Shown piece after piece: positions 25,895-37,900 of a DNA stretch of 64,000 bases. Positions within the stretch are counted from its first letter, which is position 1, and each line of letters opens with the position of its first letter. The stretch lies in assembly GCA_047967505.1 (NCBI GenBank), contig CM106538.1; one strand, written 5' to 3'. The translations under genes were made by a program, and so were the position numbers. The stretch comes from Dipteris shenzhenensis. Taxonomy: Eukaryota. Under the pieces are notes generated by a model. The model saw nothing but the letters and a program-made list of their open reading frames with translations. It was not told the DNA's origin and made no database searches.

Positions 25895-27054
25895 TTCTTG
25901 CAAAGAATCTATCTCGAGGATATGAGACCTTAATAGAGTTAAATATGTCAAACTAAATTTTAACAAATCAAAGCTGATTTACATGGCTGATTCTACTCAA
26001 GGCATCATCCACCTTATTTGTATAACCCTTCCTATAATGGATCTCAAAATCAAACTCTTTTATATGATCTGACCAATCTTTTTTGCCCCTTAATTCAAGA
26101 GAATCGCAAAAGTATTTCAAAGAAGAGTTATCTAGAAATACCACAAAGTAGAACCATAAAGATAATGTTTCCACTTTTTCAATGCATGAATCATAGAAAA
26201 TATCCCTTTTGCATGCCATTTCATTTGAGGTTCAATTGAATTTTTTCTCTCGAAATCAACTATCCTACCATCCTAGAATAATGCAGGTCCAATGACATGA
26301 TCATTGGCATCTATTTCAACCACAAAAGGTTTACACATATCCACAATCCGTAATATAGGACCAGTGGTTACTTGACGTTTTGACTCAAAAATCACCCATC
26401 CAACTCCTTAGTCTAAAAAATTGGCTTGTACAAGTATCATACTTTCCTCTCTCCACCCTTTGGAAAGAAATGAAAGAGGTAATGCAATTTTTGCATAATT
26501 CTAGATAAATATCTTGAAAAATTTTACAAATCCTAAGAAGGATTTGACTTGAGTGATGGTTTTCAAATTCATATACCTGCCTGATCTTTTCATAATTAAT
26601 GTGGACACTATCAATAATAATAACACGTCCAAGGCACATTAGCTCTTATTTAAAGAATTCACATTTGCTCTCACATTTTCTCTTTCAAATAATTAATGCG
26701 GACACCATCAATAGTAATAACATGTCCAAGGTACATCAGCTCTTGTTTAAAATTCAAACTTGCTCTCGTTAGCAAATAAGACTTTTTTTTTGAGAATATC
26801 TAAAACAAATCTGAGATGATGAGCATCCTCAAGAGTTTTACTATATACAAAGATGTTATGTAAGAAAACAATCACAAACTTTCCTAGATATGGATGAAAT
26901 AAGTCGTTCATAGTCTACCAAAAATTACTGGTGCAGTTGCAAGTCTAAAGGGCAACCCTAAGAACTCATAATTCCCATATATAGTTTTGAGACCAGCCTT
27001 GAAGACATCACCCTCAAATATCCGAATTTGATGGTAACTAGTTCTCAAATCAAT
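25895..27054 (-). mobile_element. Ty3/gypsy RT-RNaseH fragment
   Basis: IDLRTSYHQIR, YEFLGLPF, FHPYLGKFVIVFL, FVVEIDA, EFDFEIHYRKGYTNKVDDALSR. Confidence 0.85.
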
Positions 27055-29541
27055 CACTCCCACCTGCTACTCTCACTGGGCTCTCACTACTAGAATGAGC
27101 ATTGCACACTTACAAAACAACTTTCCTAAAATCATTTCTAATTTTCCTACCACCCTACACATCACGTAGACTTTTGCAGCTTATTTGATCACTAATTTTA
27201 TTCAAGAAATTGCTTTGAAAAACCCACATTCAATACTAGAAAATCTAAACAACCATGAAATAAAATGAAGCATGAAAAAATATAGAAATGTTAAAGTCAA
27301 AGAAGGCTCCACATCAAGCTCTTTGAAACTTTTCTTTGTTACTCTTTTCCCCAAATTTATATTGCTGAGTATCACCCTAAGAAACGAGCATTATAGCAAC
27401 GTACACCATGATGAACCCTCATAAATACAACTACAGATAGAAAAGCTGCAGCCAAGTGCAGACTTGTTTGAAACAACATTAGTATGCTAACATATACATG
27501 GATCAACTTTGAGGCACACAGTAGTAGTTGCAAAATTCTAACATGAGCAAAGCACGTTCCCAAAGAGAACACCAATATAATAACACACAAAATGACTAAA
27601 TCCTTATTCTTTCTTTATAGCAGTCTCAATAAAGTCTCCAAGTGCTTCTTCTACACTTCCTATGACCATCAACTAGCGAATTCCATATGTACTTGGTAGT
27701 AAGCACTTGCGCACCAGTGAAACCCACACCCAATTTCATTTTCTCAACCAGCTCTTCAATACATTCATCACACTCACGTAGGAGCTTCTGCATTTCCTAA
27801 AATCAATCAACAATTTTCTGTTACCAAAGTACGTACAAGTCAACTCCAACACAAAGTATCTAATTTCTACATTGCCCTTCAAACTCTATAGTCTATTCAG
27901 CACACTAAAAACCATTTATAATGAGAAAAATCAACTCATGAACAAAATTCCACGCTGTCAAATTTTACATCCTCCATTACTATGCATGCTGCCTCCAAGC
28001 TCCTCCGTACATCCCCATCCTCAATACACATCACTTCTTTTCAAATAAGGCTTTTTTGCACCACTTCTCAATAACTGTCTTTGCATATTCTATAGTTGCC
28101 TTTGCTTAGCCAACCCTTATTAAATGTCTAAAGAATACTCTGATGCTGAAAAAAAAGGAACTAGATAAAAATCAATCACACCCAATTACCACTCATTGGC
28201 ACCTACATTCCATAACTACAAAATCAAGTATGCAATCCTGCATTTGTTGTCTAATCACATGTGCTTGGCTATTAAATGAGAATAACTAGGACATGTCGTA
28301 GAAATCTAATACAACACACATTTGTTGTTAGCCAGACTGCATGTGCTTCACTATCAAATGAGATTTGGCTTGGCTATCAAAAAAGGAATCTATGCCGTAG
28401 CAACTCATAACGGTCTATTCATAACACTTTCATAGAAAAGGTACATTAATAGCACCTGTTTGAATTTCCTGCCATCATCTTTAGCTCACGAAAAACCCAA
28501 CACAATTGTCATAGACAGGCCACAACCACTATCTCGAATAGAAATCCTTGTCATTGATCCATTACTACTAAGATAGGCTTCAAAGAGCATAATGAATCGA
28601 TTAAATCTAATTTTACTATTTGACAACTGTAAGAAATCAATCGCATGGCTTTTGGAAAAACGTAGAACACTTCCACTTTATCCAACTAAACAATTAAAAT
28701 AGATTCCTCTTCCTTGAGGATCTTCTACTACTCCAACATCACTCCTAAATCAGTGTTACAGCTTACACATGATCTAGAAGATGACGTGCCCTTTTGACAA
28801 ACTTTTGACAAACCTCTCCTTCTCAGAACGTTCTACTTTCCTCAAACAAATTGAGACAGCTCGTTCATGAAGCGTCCCCAAACAAGTGATGCATGGAACC
28901 GATCCCTGTCGCTTCCGCTTGCACTGTTTTGCCATAGGAGCAATTCCAATTGCAAAGCACTGTTTTGCCATAGGAGTAAAGCAGATTGAGAGATACGAAT
29001 GCATGACCACAAATACGAGGAAGCTCATCAATGAAGAAAGGACACACGAACTGAGACTAACGGGTCGTTCACTTGACTTACCAACTCAACCGTCAAGAAA
29101 CATGCCCATTGTTAACTTTGATCATGCAAACTCTACGTCAAATGAGCAAAGATTCCAAACGTGTAACCCTATTCATTTAAGTGCACAGTTATCCATTTAA
29201 CCTAACCCAAGTGATTCCACAGGGGAGGTGAGTTAATTTCGGATGTCATTGGCACATGGCCCTTTGGAGGCAAACACTTTAGCATACAAGCGACACCCAG
29301 ACATTTGTGCAAAAGCAGATACATCAACTGCTGAGCGCTTATGGAAGGAGTACTTCACTACTGGTTTGACAATCCACAACAAAGTACTTGTACGACGATC
29401 TCAACTCAATCCTTTTTTCTCTGTACATTGAATTCTCACGCCTCTGCTTTCACTCGTAGCAGACACACCCAACAACCCCAGATTTCAAGCAGAAACCCAC
29501 CAAGGAGTCGCTCTGGATAGACGGGTTGCACACTTCAGAAA

Positions 29542-32500
29542 ATGGAGAGTGCACACCACCCCATGCACAGCTCCATAGGCCAACTGCCAGAGCTTAGTAT
29601 GGAGGAGGCACTCGCTTCTTTGGCAAGCACGACTCATCCGCCTTCGGTTGAAAACTTGGCATGCATCTTGCGCAAGTGCAGAAAACACAAAAATCGAGCG
29701 TATGCCCTGCGCTTGCATGCCTACCTGCGCAAACGTGGGCTGGAAGCGCACAAGTCAATTGGGAACTACGTCGTTCCAATGTTGGTGGAAGTTGGAAGCA
29801 TGTGTGATGCCCAGCAGGTTTTTGATAAATTGGTTGATCGGAATGAGTATTCCTGGACTTCTCTCATCACTGGTTATATTGAATGTGGGGAATTACAGCA
29901 TGCCTTAGCACTGCACCAACAAATGCAGGAGGATTGTGTACATCCTAGTGGGTATACGTTCGTTTCCTTACTAAAGGCTTGTGCCAAGCTGAAAGATAAA
30001 GAAAGAGGCCGAGAAATACATGCAGAGATTGCGAGAATGGGGTTGTTGGAAACAAATCCTTTTGTTGGTAACACCTTGGTTGATATGTATGCCAAGTGTG
30101 GCATGCTTGCAAAAGCACAGGAAGTGTTCGACAAGCTTCCAGTTCGAGATGCAGTCTCGTGGAATGCACTTATAGCAGGGTATGCTGAACATGACCTTGG
30201 TCAGGATGCGCTGAACTGTTTTAAACAGATGCAATTGGAGGGTGTCTCGCCAAGTGTGGTCACATATATTTGCAGCTTGAAAGCTTGTGGCAGCATAGCA
30301 GCCATAGAGAAGGGCCAGGAAATACATGCTGAGATTGCAAGACAAGGGTTGTTGCAAAGACATCCTTTTGTTGGTAACACCTTGGTTGATATGTATGCCA
30401 AGTGTGGCTTGCTTGCAAAAGCACAGGAAGTCTTTGACAAACTTCCAGTTCGAGATGCAGTCTCTTGGAATGCACTTATCGCAGGGTATGCTGAACATGA
30501 CCTTGGTCAGGATGCACTGAACTGTTTTGAACAGATGCAATTGGGGGGCATCTTTCCTGATGCGGTCACATTTATTTGCAGCTTGAAAGCTTGTGGCAGC
30601 ATAGGAGCCATAGACAAGGGCCGAGAAATACATGCTGAGATTGCACGAAAGGGGTTGTTGGAAAGAGATTCTTTGGTTGGTAGCGTCTTGGTTGATATGT
30701 ATGCCAAGTGTGGCTTCCTTGCAAAATCACAGGAAGTGTTCGACAAACTTCCAATTCGAAATGCAGTTTCATGGAATGCACTCATCGCAGGGTATGCTGA
30801 ACATGACCTTGGTCAGAATGCTCTCAACTGTTTCAATAAGATGCACTTGGAGGGCATCTCTCCTGATGCGGTCACATTTATTTGCATCTTGAAGGCTTGT
30901 GGCAGCATAGGAGCCATAGACAAGGGCCGAGAAATACATGCTGAGATTGCAAGAAAGGGGTTGTTCGAAAGACATCCTTTTGTTGGTAACACCTTGGTTG
31001 ATATGTATGCCAAATGTGGGTTGCTTGCAAAAGCACAGGAAGTGTTCAACAAACTTCCAATTCGAAATGCAGTCTCTTGGAATGCAATTATCGCAGGGTA
31101 TGCTGAGCATGACCTTGGTCAGGATGCTCTGAACTGTTTCGAACAGATGCAATTGCAGGGCATCTCTCCTGATGCGGTCACATTTATTTGCAGCTTGAAA
31201 GCTTGTGGCAGCATAGGAGCCATAGACAAGGGCCCAGAAATACATGCTGAGATTGCGAGAAAGGGGTTATTGGAAAGACATCCTTTTGTTGGCAACAGCT
31301 TGGTTGATATGTACGCCAAGTGTGGCTTGCTTGCAAAAGCACGGGAAGTGTTCGACAAACTTCCAGTTCGAGATGCAGTCTCGTGGAATGCACTTATTGC
31401 AGGGTATGCTGAACATGACCTTGGTCAGGATGCACTGAACTGTTTCGAACAGATGCAATTGGAGGGCATCTCTCCTGATGCGGTCACATTTATTTGCAGC
31501 GTGAAAGCTTGTGGCAGCATAGGAGCCATACACAAGGGCCGAGAAATACATTCTGAGATTGTGAGAAAGGGGTTGTTGGAAAGAGATCCTTTTGTTGGTA
31601 GTACCTTGGTTGATATGTATGCCACTTGTGGCTTGCTTGCAAATGCACAGGAAGTGTTCAACAAACTTCCAATTCGAAATGCAGTCTCCTGGAATGCACT
31701 TATGACAGGGTATGCTGAACATGACCTTGGTCAAGATGCGCTGAAATGTTTCGAACAGATGCAATTGGAGGGCATCTCTCCTGATGCGTTCACATTTGTT
31801 TGCAGCTTGAAAGCTTGTGGCAGCATAGGAGCCATAGACAAGGGCCGAGAAATACATGTTGAGATTGCAGGAAAGGGGTTGTTGGAAAGAGATCCTTTTG
31901 TTGGTAGCACCTTGGTTGATATGTATGCCAAGTGTGGATTGCTTGCAAAAGCACAAGAAGTGTTTGACAAACTTCCAGTTCGAGATGCAGTCTCGTGGAC
32001 TGCACTTATTGCAGGGTATGCCCAGCTAGGAGAGAGTGAAAAGGTTTTTCTTATGCTTGACAGAATGAGCGCAGAAGGCATAAAACCAGACGGGGTCACA
32101 TTCCTTAGCATTCTTACTGTATGCAGTCACACAGGTCTAGTGGAGGAGGGCCAGACATACTTTGAGTCCATGAGCAAAGACTATTGCATCAATCCAACTA
32201 TTGAGCACCACACTTGCATGGTGGATCTACTTGGCCGTGCAGGCCAATTAGATAAGGCAGTAGTGATTATAAAGAAGATGCCATTCAATACTAATCTCAG
32301 GTTGTGGCATACTGTGTTGGGTGCTTGTCAGAAGTGGGGGAATGTGGAGCTTGGAAGGTGGGCCTTTGAACATGCACTGGAACTGGATAAAACGGATGCT
32401 GCAGCTTATGTCTTGATGTGTAATATCTATGCAGATGCCCGCATGCAGGAGGACGCTAAGCAGATTGACTTAATGAGAATAAAAGAACAAGCATGGGAGA

Positions 32501-32610
32501 AGCCAGGGCAGAGGTGGACTGATTTTGGCGGAATTGTGCATTCATTTTTGGTAGGGGATACAGGACATTCCCAAAGCAATCATATATATGAACATCTTCT
32601 TTCAAAATAA
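29542..32610 (+). CDS. PLS-class pentatricopeptide repeat protein (E/E+ type after DYW loss), putative organellar RNA-editing factor
   Basis: Uninterrupted 1022-aa ORF with about 26 PPR motifs in 102-aa P-L-S triplets, a P2-L2-S2 triplet (CSHTGLVEEG..CMVDLLGRAG), E1/E2 motifs and PG box KPGQRWTDFGGIVHSFLVGD. Confidence 0.96.
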   Translation: MESAHHPMHSSIGQLPELSMEEALASLASTTHPPSVENLACILRKCRKHKNRAYALRLHAYLRKRGLEAHKSIGNYVVPMLVEVGSMCDAQQVFDKLVDRNEYSWTSLITGYIECGELQHALALHQQMQEDCVHPSGYTFVSLLKACAKLKDKERGREIHAEIARMGLLETNPFVGNTLVDMYAKCGMLAKAQEVFDKLPVRDAVSWNALIAGYAEHDLGQDALNCFKQMQLEGVSPSVVTYICSLKACGSIAAIEKGQEIHAEIARQGLLQRHPFVGNTLVDMYAKCGLLAKAQEVFDKLPVRDAVSWNALIAGYAEHDLGQDALNCFEQMQLGGIFPDAVTFICSLKACGSIGAIDKGREIHAEIARKGLLERDSLVGSVLVDMYAKCGFLAKSQEVFDKLPIRNAVSWNALIAGYAEHDLGQNALNCFNKMHLEGISPDAVTFICILKACGSIGAIDKGREIHAEIARKGLFERHPFVGNTLVDMYAKCGLLAKAQEVFNKLPIRNAVSWNAIIAGYAEHDLGQDALNCFEQMQLQGISPDAVTFICSLKACGSIGAIDKGPEIHAEIARKGLLERHPFVGNSLVDMYAKCGLLAKAREVFDKLPVRDAVSWNALIAGYAEHDLGQDALNCFEQMQLEGISPDAVTFICSVKACGSIGAIHKGREIHSEIVRKGLLERDPFVGSTLVDMYATCGLLANAQEVFNKLPIRNAVSWNALMTGYAEHDLGQDALKCFEQMQLEGISPDAFTFVCSLKACGSIGAIDKGREIHVEIAGKGLLERDPFVGSTLVDMYAKCGLLAKAQEVFDKLPVRDAVSWTALIAGYAQLGESEKVFLMLDRMSAEGIKPDGVTFLSILTVCSHTGLVEEGQTYFESMSKDYCINPTIEHHTCMVDLLGRAGQLDKAVVIIKKMPFNTNLRLWHTVLGACQKWGNVELGRWAFEHALELDKTDAAAYVLMCNIYADARMQEDAKQIDLMRIKEQAWEKPGQRWTDFGGIVHSFLVGDTGHSQSNHIYEHLLSK

Positions 32611-32869
32611 GGGAAGAAGGATATGTACCAGATTTGCATTGGCTGTCCCAGGACATATCTGATATTTGAGTAACGTCAGCACATTGAGAAGTTGGCTATC
32701 GCTCTGATTAATACACCCAAGGGGGTACCTATACATGTAAAATTTATTTGGGTTCGCAAAGAGAGTCATTCAGCTACAGGCACTTACATCCAAAGTAGAG
32801 CAGCAAACTATTCTTTTTAGAGATGCTGACCACTTTCATGCTTTCAAGAACGGAAAGTGTTCTCGGTAA
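32605..32869 (+). pseudogene. Decayed DYW deaminase domain, out of frame with the PPR ORF
   Basis: KIREEGYVPDL, HIEKLAIA, LINTPKGVPIHV, WVRKESHSAT and SKVEQQTILFRDADHFHAFKNGKCS spread over several frames. Confidence 0.88.
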
Positions 32870-33399
32870 TCCTAGTGTAACTATGGTAGCATTTATTCCT
32901 ATTACTTGAAATGTTGATGCGAGCATGACAGAAACATAGGTGAGGCAGACTCAGACAAGAATAATGAAAGGATGACAAGTGTGGGATCATGTGTGCTTTA
33001 GTGAACAAGGTTGTTTGTTTCTAGAAATCCAGTCTCCCTTTTCTCCATATTATTAGACCTGAAAAGACGTTTGATTTCTGCAAAGTACATTGTGTGACTT
33101 TTTCATGATTTTGTGTGGTGTTTGTGTTTTGTCTTATTACATATCCATCCCCACTTTATTGAATTCCCTTGTTACAGAGTCTTCTATGAGCTAATCCTGG
33201 TTTTTCAGTTTTGAAGTTTGCTACTAAGGCTATTATATATTGTATTTTTTTGTGCTTAAGAAGGTGTTATATCTACTGAGGCATGCATCTTTGATGAACT
33301 TTTTATGACATGAAATATTGTTATTTATTTTTTACTCCCATAGGTTGCTATTTTGAATTTGTGCAACCCTTAGTACTAAGACATTTCGAGAGCACTTTA

Positions 33400-34700
33400 G
33401 CCATAGCATTGAGCAGAGATTTGCAGGAATATTGCAAGTAGGCTAGGGAGACCTCATCAATCTGGAATGCATGTCCTCCCTTTGTCAACTAGGCCACCAT
33501 CCCGAGGTGTAGTCCCTCTGAAGACTCTACATGTGGGTCATGATCTGGAGGGCTCCCATCCAGATCAACCAGGCCACCATCCCCAGGTGTAGTCCCTCTG
33601 AAGACTCTACATCTGGGCCATGATCTGGAGGGCTCCCATCCAGATCTTCGCTGCTCTGTGATAGCTCCACAAGCAGTGCAAAATTGTCTCTAGGAAACCA
33701 CCAGAGCAACAATGGCATTACCCCTCCACTCCCATCTGCGCCAACCACAGTCCAATGGGTAAGCCTCCATGGGCGGCCAGCCAGAAGAAGCAGGATATCT
33801 TCCTCGGTCACAAATTGGACCATAGCCATGTCCAAAACCTAGAACAGACATCCTGGGGCACTCTCTGGGTCACCCAATGTCACCCCTCGAGAGGGTCCAC
33901 CTCGAAGAGTCCATCTGAAGCCTTCTGCCAATCCATGTGGTATATGAAAAGAAGGGCATCTCATCCATCTTCTCAGCAAGGCCACCCCTGGAGGGCCAAA
34001 ACCACTCTCTTGGATCCTACTGGATCTCCCTCAAGGGTCTACCCTCCCACAGCCAGAGGCACCATCTGGGGGCATCCTGCTCTGAAATACTGGGAGGGTC
34101 AATGTGCCTCTCTTTCCCCAAACGTCCCACCACTCTAATCATCTACTAGTGAATCCCATCAAGACTCCCATCCATCTCAGGGTCCCTCTCCATGACCAGA
34201 TGGAGTCCTACACAATAAAAGCCAAGGTTCGTGCTGCCTTGCTGCATCATCATCCTCAAAGGGACCTCAGTCCCAAAAAATTGTCCCAACCAAGTGCTGT
34301 CCCTCCAAGCATGAAGTCCCTTCCACCAGGACTCAAGGATGGCTAGGTCAATCTCTCTCATTTGCTGCCCTACCCCTCGCAAATGCATCGTGGTGTCAAG
34401 CCTCACCTCTGACTCCATGGGTACTCTGCTCCATCTGCCAAAAGACTGGGCCTCAGTTGGATGAGGAAAACGCCTCTTCCATAGATGGTGATCTCCTGAA
34501 TGTGGTCATTCTTTAATGCCAAGCTCGCCTGTATCCACTCTCACACCTGTCTCCGTGTAGGTGTGAGGCCCACAATTCTGCCCACGAGCGCCTTGTCTTG
34601 TAGGGACTGAACTGCCCGCTGTACCTATTGCTTGTCAATTGAGGAAAGAAGAACCTTAACGGTTGTGGGAGTCAAGGGTGCTGCCATAGAGCCCCTCTGG
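33400..34700 (-). mobile_element. Internally deleted LINE remnant (ORF1 fragment joined to zf-RVT C-terminus)
   Basis: LQDKALVGRIVGLTPTRRQV..GRGVFLI (ORF1-like) and WLWSNL*PRKISCFFWLAAHGGLP..CHCC..ETILHCLW (zf-RVT); an about 80-bp tandem duplication at 33491-33646. Confidence 0.75.
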
Positions 34701-34759
34701 CTAGACCAAGAGTCACCACCAAGATTTTCTTTCACCTAAACAAGCACAAATGCTCCCAC

Positions 34760-35290
34760 TGCAGCAGCAGGGAGGAAGAGGAGAGAAAGGAAGAGGAAGA
34801 AGAGCGTCCGAGGGGGAGGCAGAGGCGAGGGGGAGGGGGAGGTGAGGCGAAGAGGTGGAGGACAGAGGTGGAGGAGGCGGGAGGGAAGGTAGAAGGGAGA
34901 AGGGGAAGGAGAGAGGAAGGAGAGGAGAAGAGGAGGATGGAGTGGAAGGAGGGTGGGGGGGAGCACCTGCGGGGGGAGGAAGAAGCGGAAGGGGGAGGGG
35001 GGAAGCGGAGGAGAAAGAAGGATGGGGGAGGTGGAATGGCAGGGGGAGACGCTCGCGCAGGAGAGGCAGGAGCAGTAGGAGGTGTGAAGGGGGCGGGGTA
35101 GGAGGTGGGGAGGCGAGAAGGCAGGAGGGGAGGAGTGGGGGCAGAGAGCGAGAAGGCGAGGGAGGCAGGGCGGAGCAGAGGGCTGAGGGAGAGTGAGGCG
35201 GAAGGGAGGCGAGAAGGAGTGGAGGGCACCAGAGCAACTAGGGGCAGTGAGCAGAGGGCAGTGGGGCAGTAGGCTACCGCGAGCGGGGGG
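34760..35290. repeat. Purine-rich (GA/G) low-complexity tract
   Basis: Almost entirely G/A on the plus strand, with many GGG runs. Confidence 0.9.
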
Positions 35291-35339
35291 ACGAGCTCAC
35301 TGAGCAGCTCCGAGATGATAACTCAAATGAGTTACCTTC

Positions 35340-35660
35340 CTCAGAATTCAAAGTCTACCTTTAGAAAGCAGATGTCTTGTTTTGTCTCTTTAGCATATTC
35401 ACACCCCTCCCAAATATTTATAATGGTCTCAAGGAGATGGCGACCCTTATGAATACTTTCTGTTCTGGCAAGATCCAATCTTTCATCTTCCCTTGTATTC
35501 TAAGGGCCAGAGCTTTAGAAAGGATTTTGTAATTGCAATTAAGCATTGTGAGGGGTCTCCAATTTTTGAGTTCTTCTTTGGAGCCCTCCTTAGGTATGAG
35601 CTTAATAATTTCTCCATTAGCATGAGAGGCTAGAGCTCCATTGTACAGCTCTCTTGCCAC
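35340..35660 (-). mobile_element. LINE reverse-transcriptase fragment
   Basis: IKLIPKEGSKEELKNWRPLTMLNCNYKILSKALALR..ILPEQ and FLKVDF. Confidence 0.9.
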
Positions 35661-36111
35661 CGTAAAAGCAAATAAGGCCTAGCCATATGTGTTTTTCCTT
35701 GATTTTGAAGGCTTACTAATCAATTTCACTTCCTAAAAACAATTCATCCTTGTTTCAAAATTGTGCATTCTTAGCATCAATTTGAAATGGATGTCCATCT
35801 TTTTCTTACTCCTAGGGACCCAATTTAATACACTTTCCACTTAATATAACATAACATTGACATTAGCAAACAACATATCCTAAAAACACATATGGTTAGC
35901 AACAGGTAATGAAAAGTGTCAACAAAAACAAGAATTAAAATAGCTCATGAGGATATAATGATGGTTAACCAAATCAAACATAGTAAAATAAAATATAAAT
36001 GTCAATAATATTAGCACATATAACATGGTAAAATGATAAAGAACAAAACTAAATCACATACAAAGGCCACATAAATGACAAATAAAATGTTGAGAGGCCT
36101 ACTCCATGAAC

Positions 36112-37640
36112 ATTGATTTGAGAACATGTTACCATCAAAGTCAAATATTTGAGAGTGATGTCTTCAAGGCTGGTCTCAAAAATATTTGAGAACATGTTAC
36201 CATCACAGTCAAATATTTGAGAGTGATGTCTTCAAGGCTCGTCTCAAGATATGGGCATTATGAGTTCTTGGGGTTGCCCTTTATGCTCACAAATGCACCA
36301 GTAATTTTTGGCCGATCATGAACGAATTGTTTCATCCATATCAAGGAAATTTTGTGATTGTTTTCTTACATAACATTCTTGTGCATAGTAAAACCCTTAA
36401 GGATGCTTAGCGTCTGAGAATTGTTTTAGAGATTCTCAAAAAAGAAGTTCTATTAGGCTAAAGGAGCAAGAAGTGATTTTTAAACAAGATATGATGTACC
36501 TCGGACATGTTATTATTATTGATGGTGTCCACATTAAATATTTGAGTGCGAAAATGTGAGAACAAATGTGAATTCTTTAAACAAGAGCTAATGAGCCTTG
36601 GAAGTGTTATTACTATTGATAGTGTCCACATTAATTATGAAGGTATGTGAATGGCCAATCTTGAAAACCATCACTCAAGTCAAATCCTTCTTAGGATTTG
36701 TATTTTTTCCTAGACATTTATTTAGAATTATGAAAATTTTGCATTACCTCTTTCAAATCTTTCCAAGGGGGGGAGAGATGCAATTATGATAAGTACAAGC
36801 CAATTTTTTAGACTAAGGAGTAGGTTGGGTGCTTTAATGAGTCAAATATCAAGTAACCACTGCCCCTATATTACAAATCTTGGATCTATGTAAATCCTTT
36901 TTGGTTGAAACAAATGCCAATGATCATGTCATTAGAGCTGCATTATTCAGGGATAGTAGGATAATTGATTTTAAGAGAAAGAAGTCAATTGAACCTCAAA
37001 TCAAATGGCCTACACATGCAAAAGTGATATCTACTATGATTTCATGCATCGAAAAAGTGGAAACATTATCTTTATGGTTCTCCTTTTGTGGAGATTTTGT
37101 GGTATTTGTCGATACCTCTTCTTTGAAATATTTTTGTGATTCTCTTGAAATGAGGGGAAAGAAATCTCATTGGTATGATCTTATGAAAGAATTTGATTTT
37201 GAGATCCATTATAGGAAGGGTTCTACAAACAAGGTGGCAGATGCCTTGAGTAGAATCAGCCCCATGCAAATCATCTTTGATTTGTTAAAATTTAGGTTGA
37301 CCTAATTTAACTCTCTTAAGGGCTTGTATCCTCAAGATAAATTATTTGCAAGAATATGGGATATTGTTCTAGCTAGGATGATCCCAATTTCTATTATTTT
37401 GAGAGAGCACTCTATTTGGAATGGGTTGCTCTTCTAAAAGAGAAAGGTTTGTGTATTGATGTAGATGGTGCAAGGAGTCGCATCATGTTTGACATGCCTT
37501 TTGTTGGGGATACAAGTGTAGTTAGGACTAAACGCATTTGGTAAGAAGGGTTCTTACCAAAGATGAAATTTGAAGTCGAGAAGTATGTTAACAATTGCTA
37601 ACAATGCCAAGTCAATAAAGCTGAGCACCTAAGGCATGGA
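36112..37640 (+). mobile_element. Ty3/gypsy RT-RNaseH-integrase zinc-finger fragment
   Basis: IDLRTCYHQ, GHYEFLGLPFMLTNAP, FLVETNANDHVI, EFDFEIHYRKGSTNKVADALSR, KYVNNC*QCQVNK; a 69-bp tandem duplication at the start. Confidence 0.88.
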
Positions 37641-37769
37641 AGCTTATTAGCTCATTATTTATGTTGAAAGAGATTCATTGCCAGTGTGAGCGTGGGTTTT
37701 TTCATGAGATATTTCCATCAGTGAGAGAATTTCGTCCTTGTTGCACTCACAATTTTGGGGTCTAAAAAA

Positions 37770-37900
37770 GAAGAATTTTGAAACAAACATGCATGGCATG
37801 AAGTTGTCAAAAACATGAATATTTGAGAAACATGAATTTGTTGAAAGCATGAATTCTGAAAGAAACATGCATGGCATGAATTTTGAAACAAACATCCATG
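37770..37900. repeat. Degenerate catgaattttgaaacaaacatg tandem repeats
   Basis: Recurring catgaat/gaaacatgcatggcatg units. Confidence 0.7.

Noticed and set aside
29243-29431. Upstream ORF as an N-terminal extension of the PPR protein
   Set aside because: Different frame, and an in-frame stop at 29518-29520 precedes the PPR ATG; no splice evidence.
29594-32111. Many repeated ORFs in alternative frames and antisense within the PPR gene
   Set aside because: Shadows of the 306-bp repeat periodicity.
34713-35237. Pro/Ser-rich and Gly/Glu-rich ORFs (also 40412-40988)
   Set aside because: Purine/pyrimidine low-complexity tracts that lack stops by composition.
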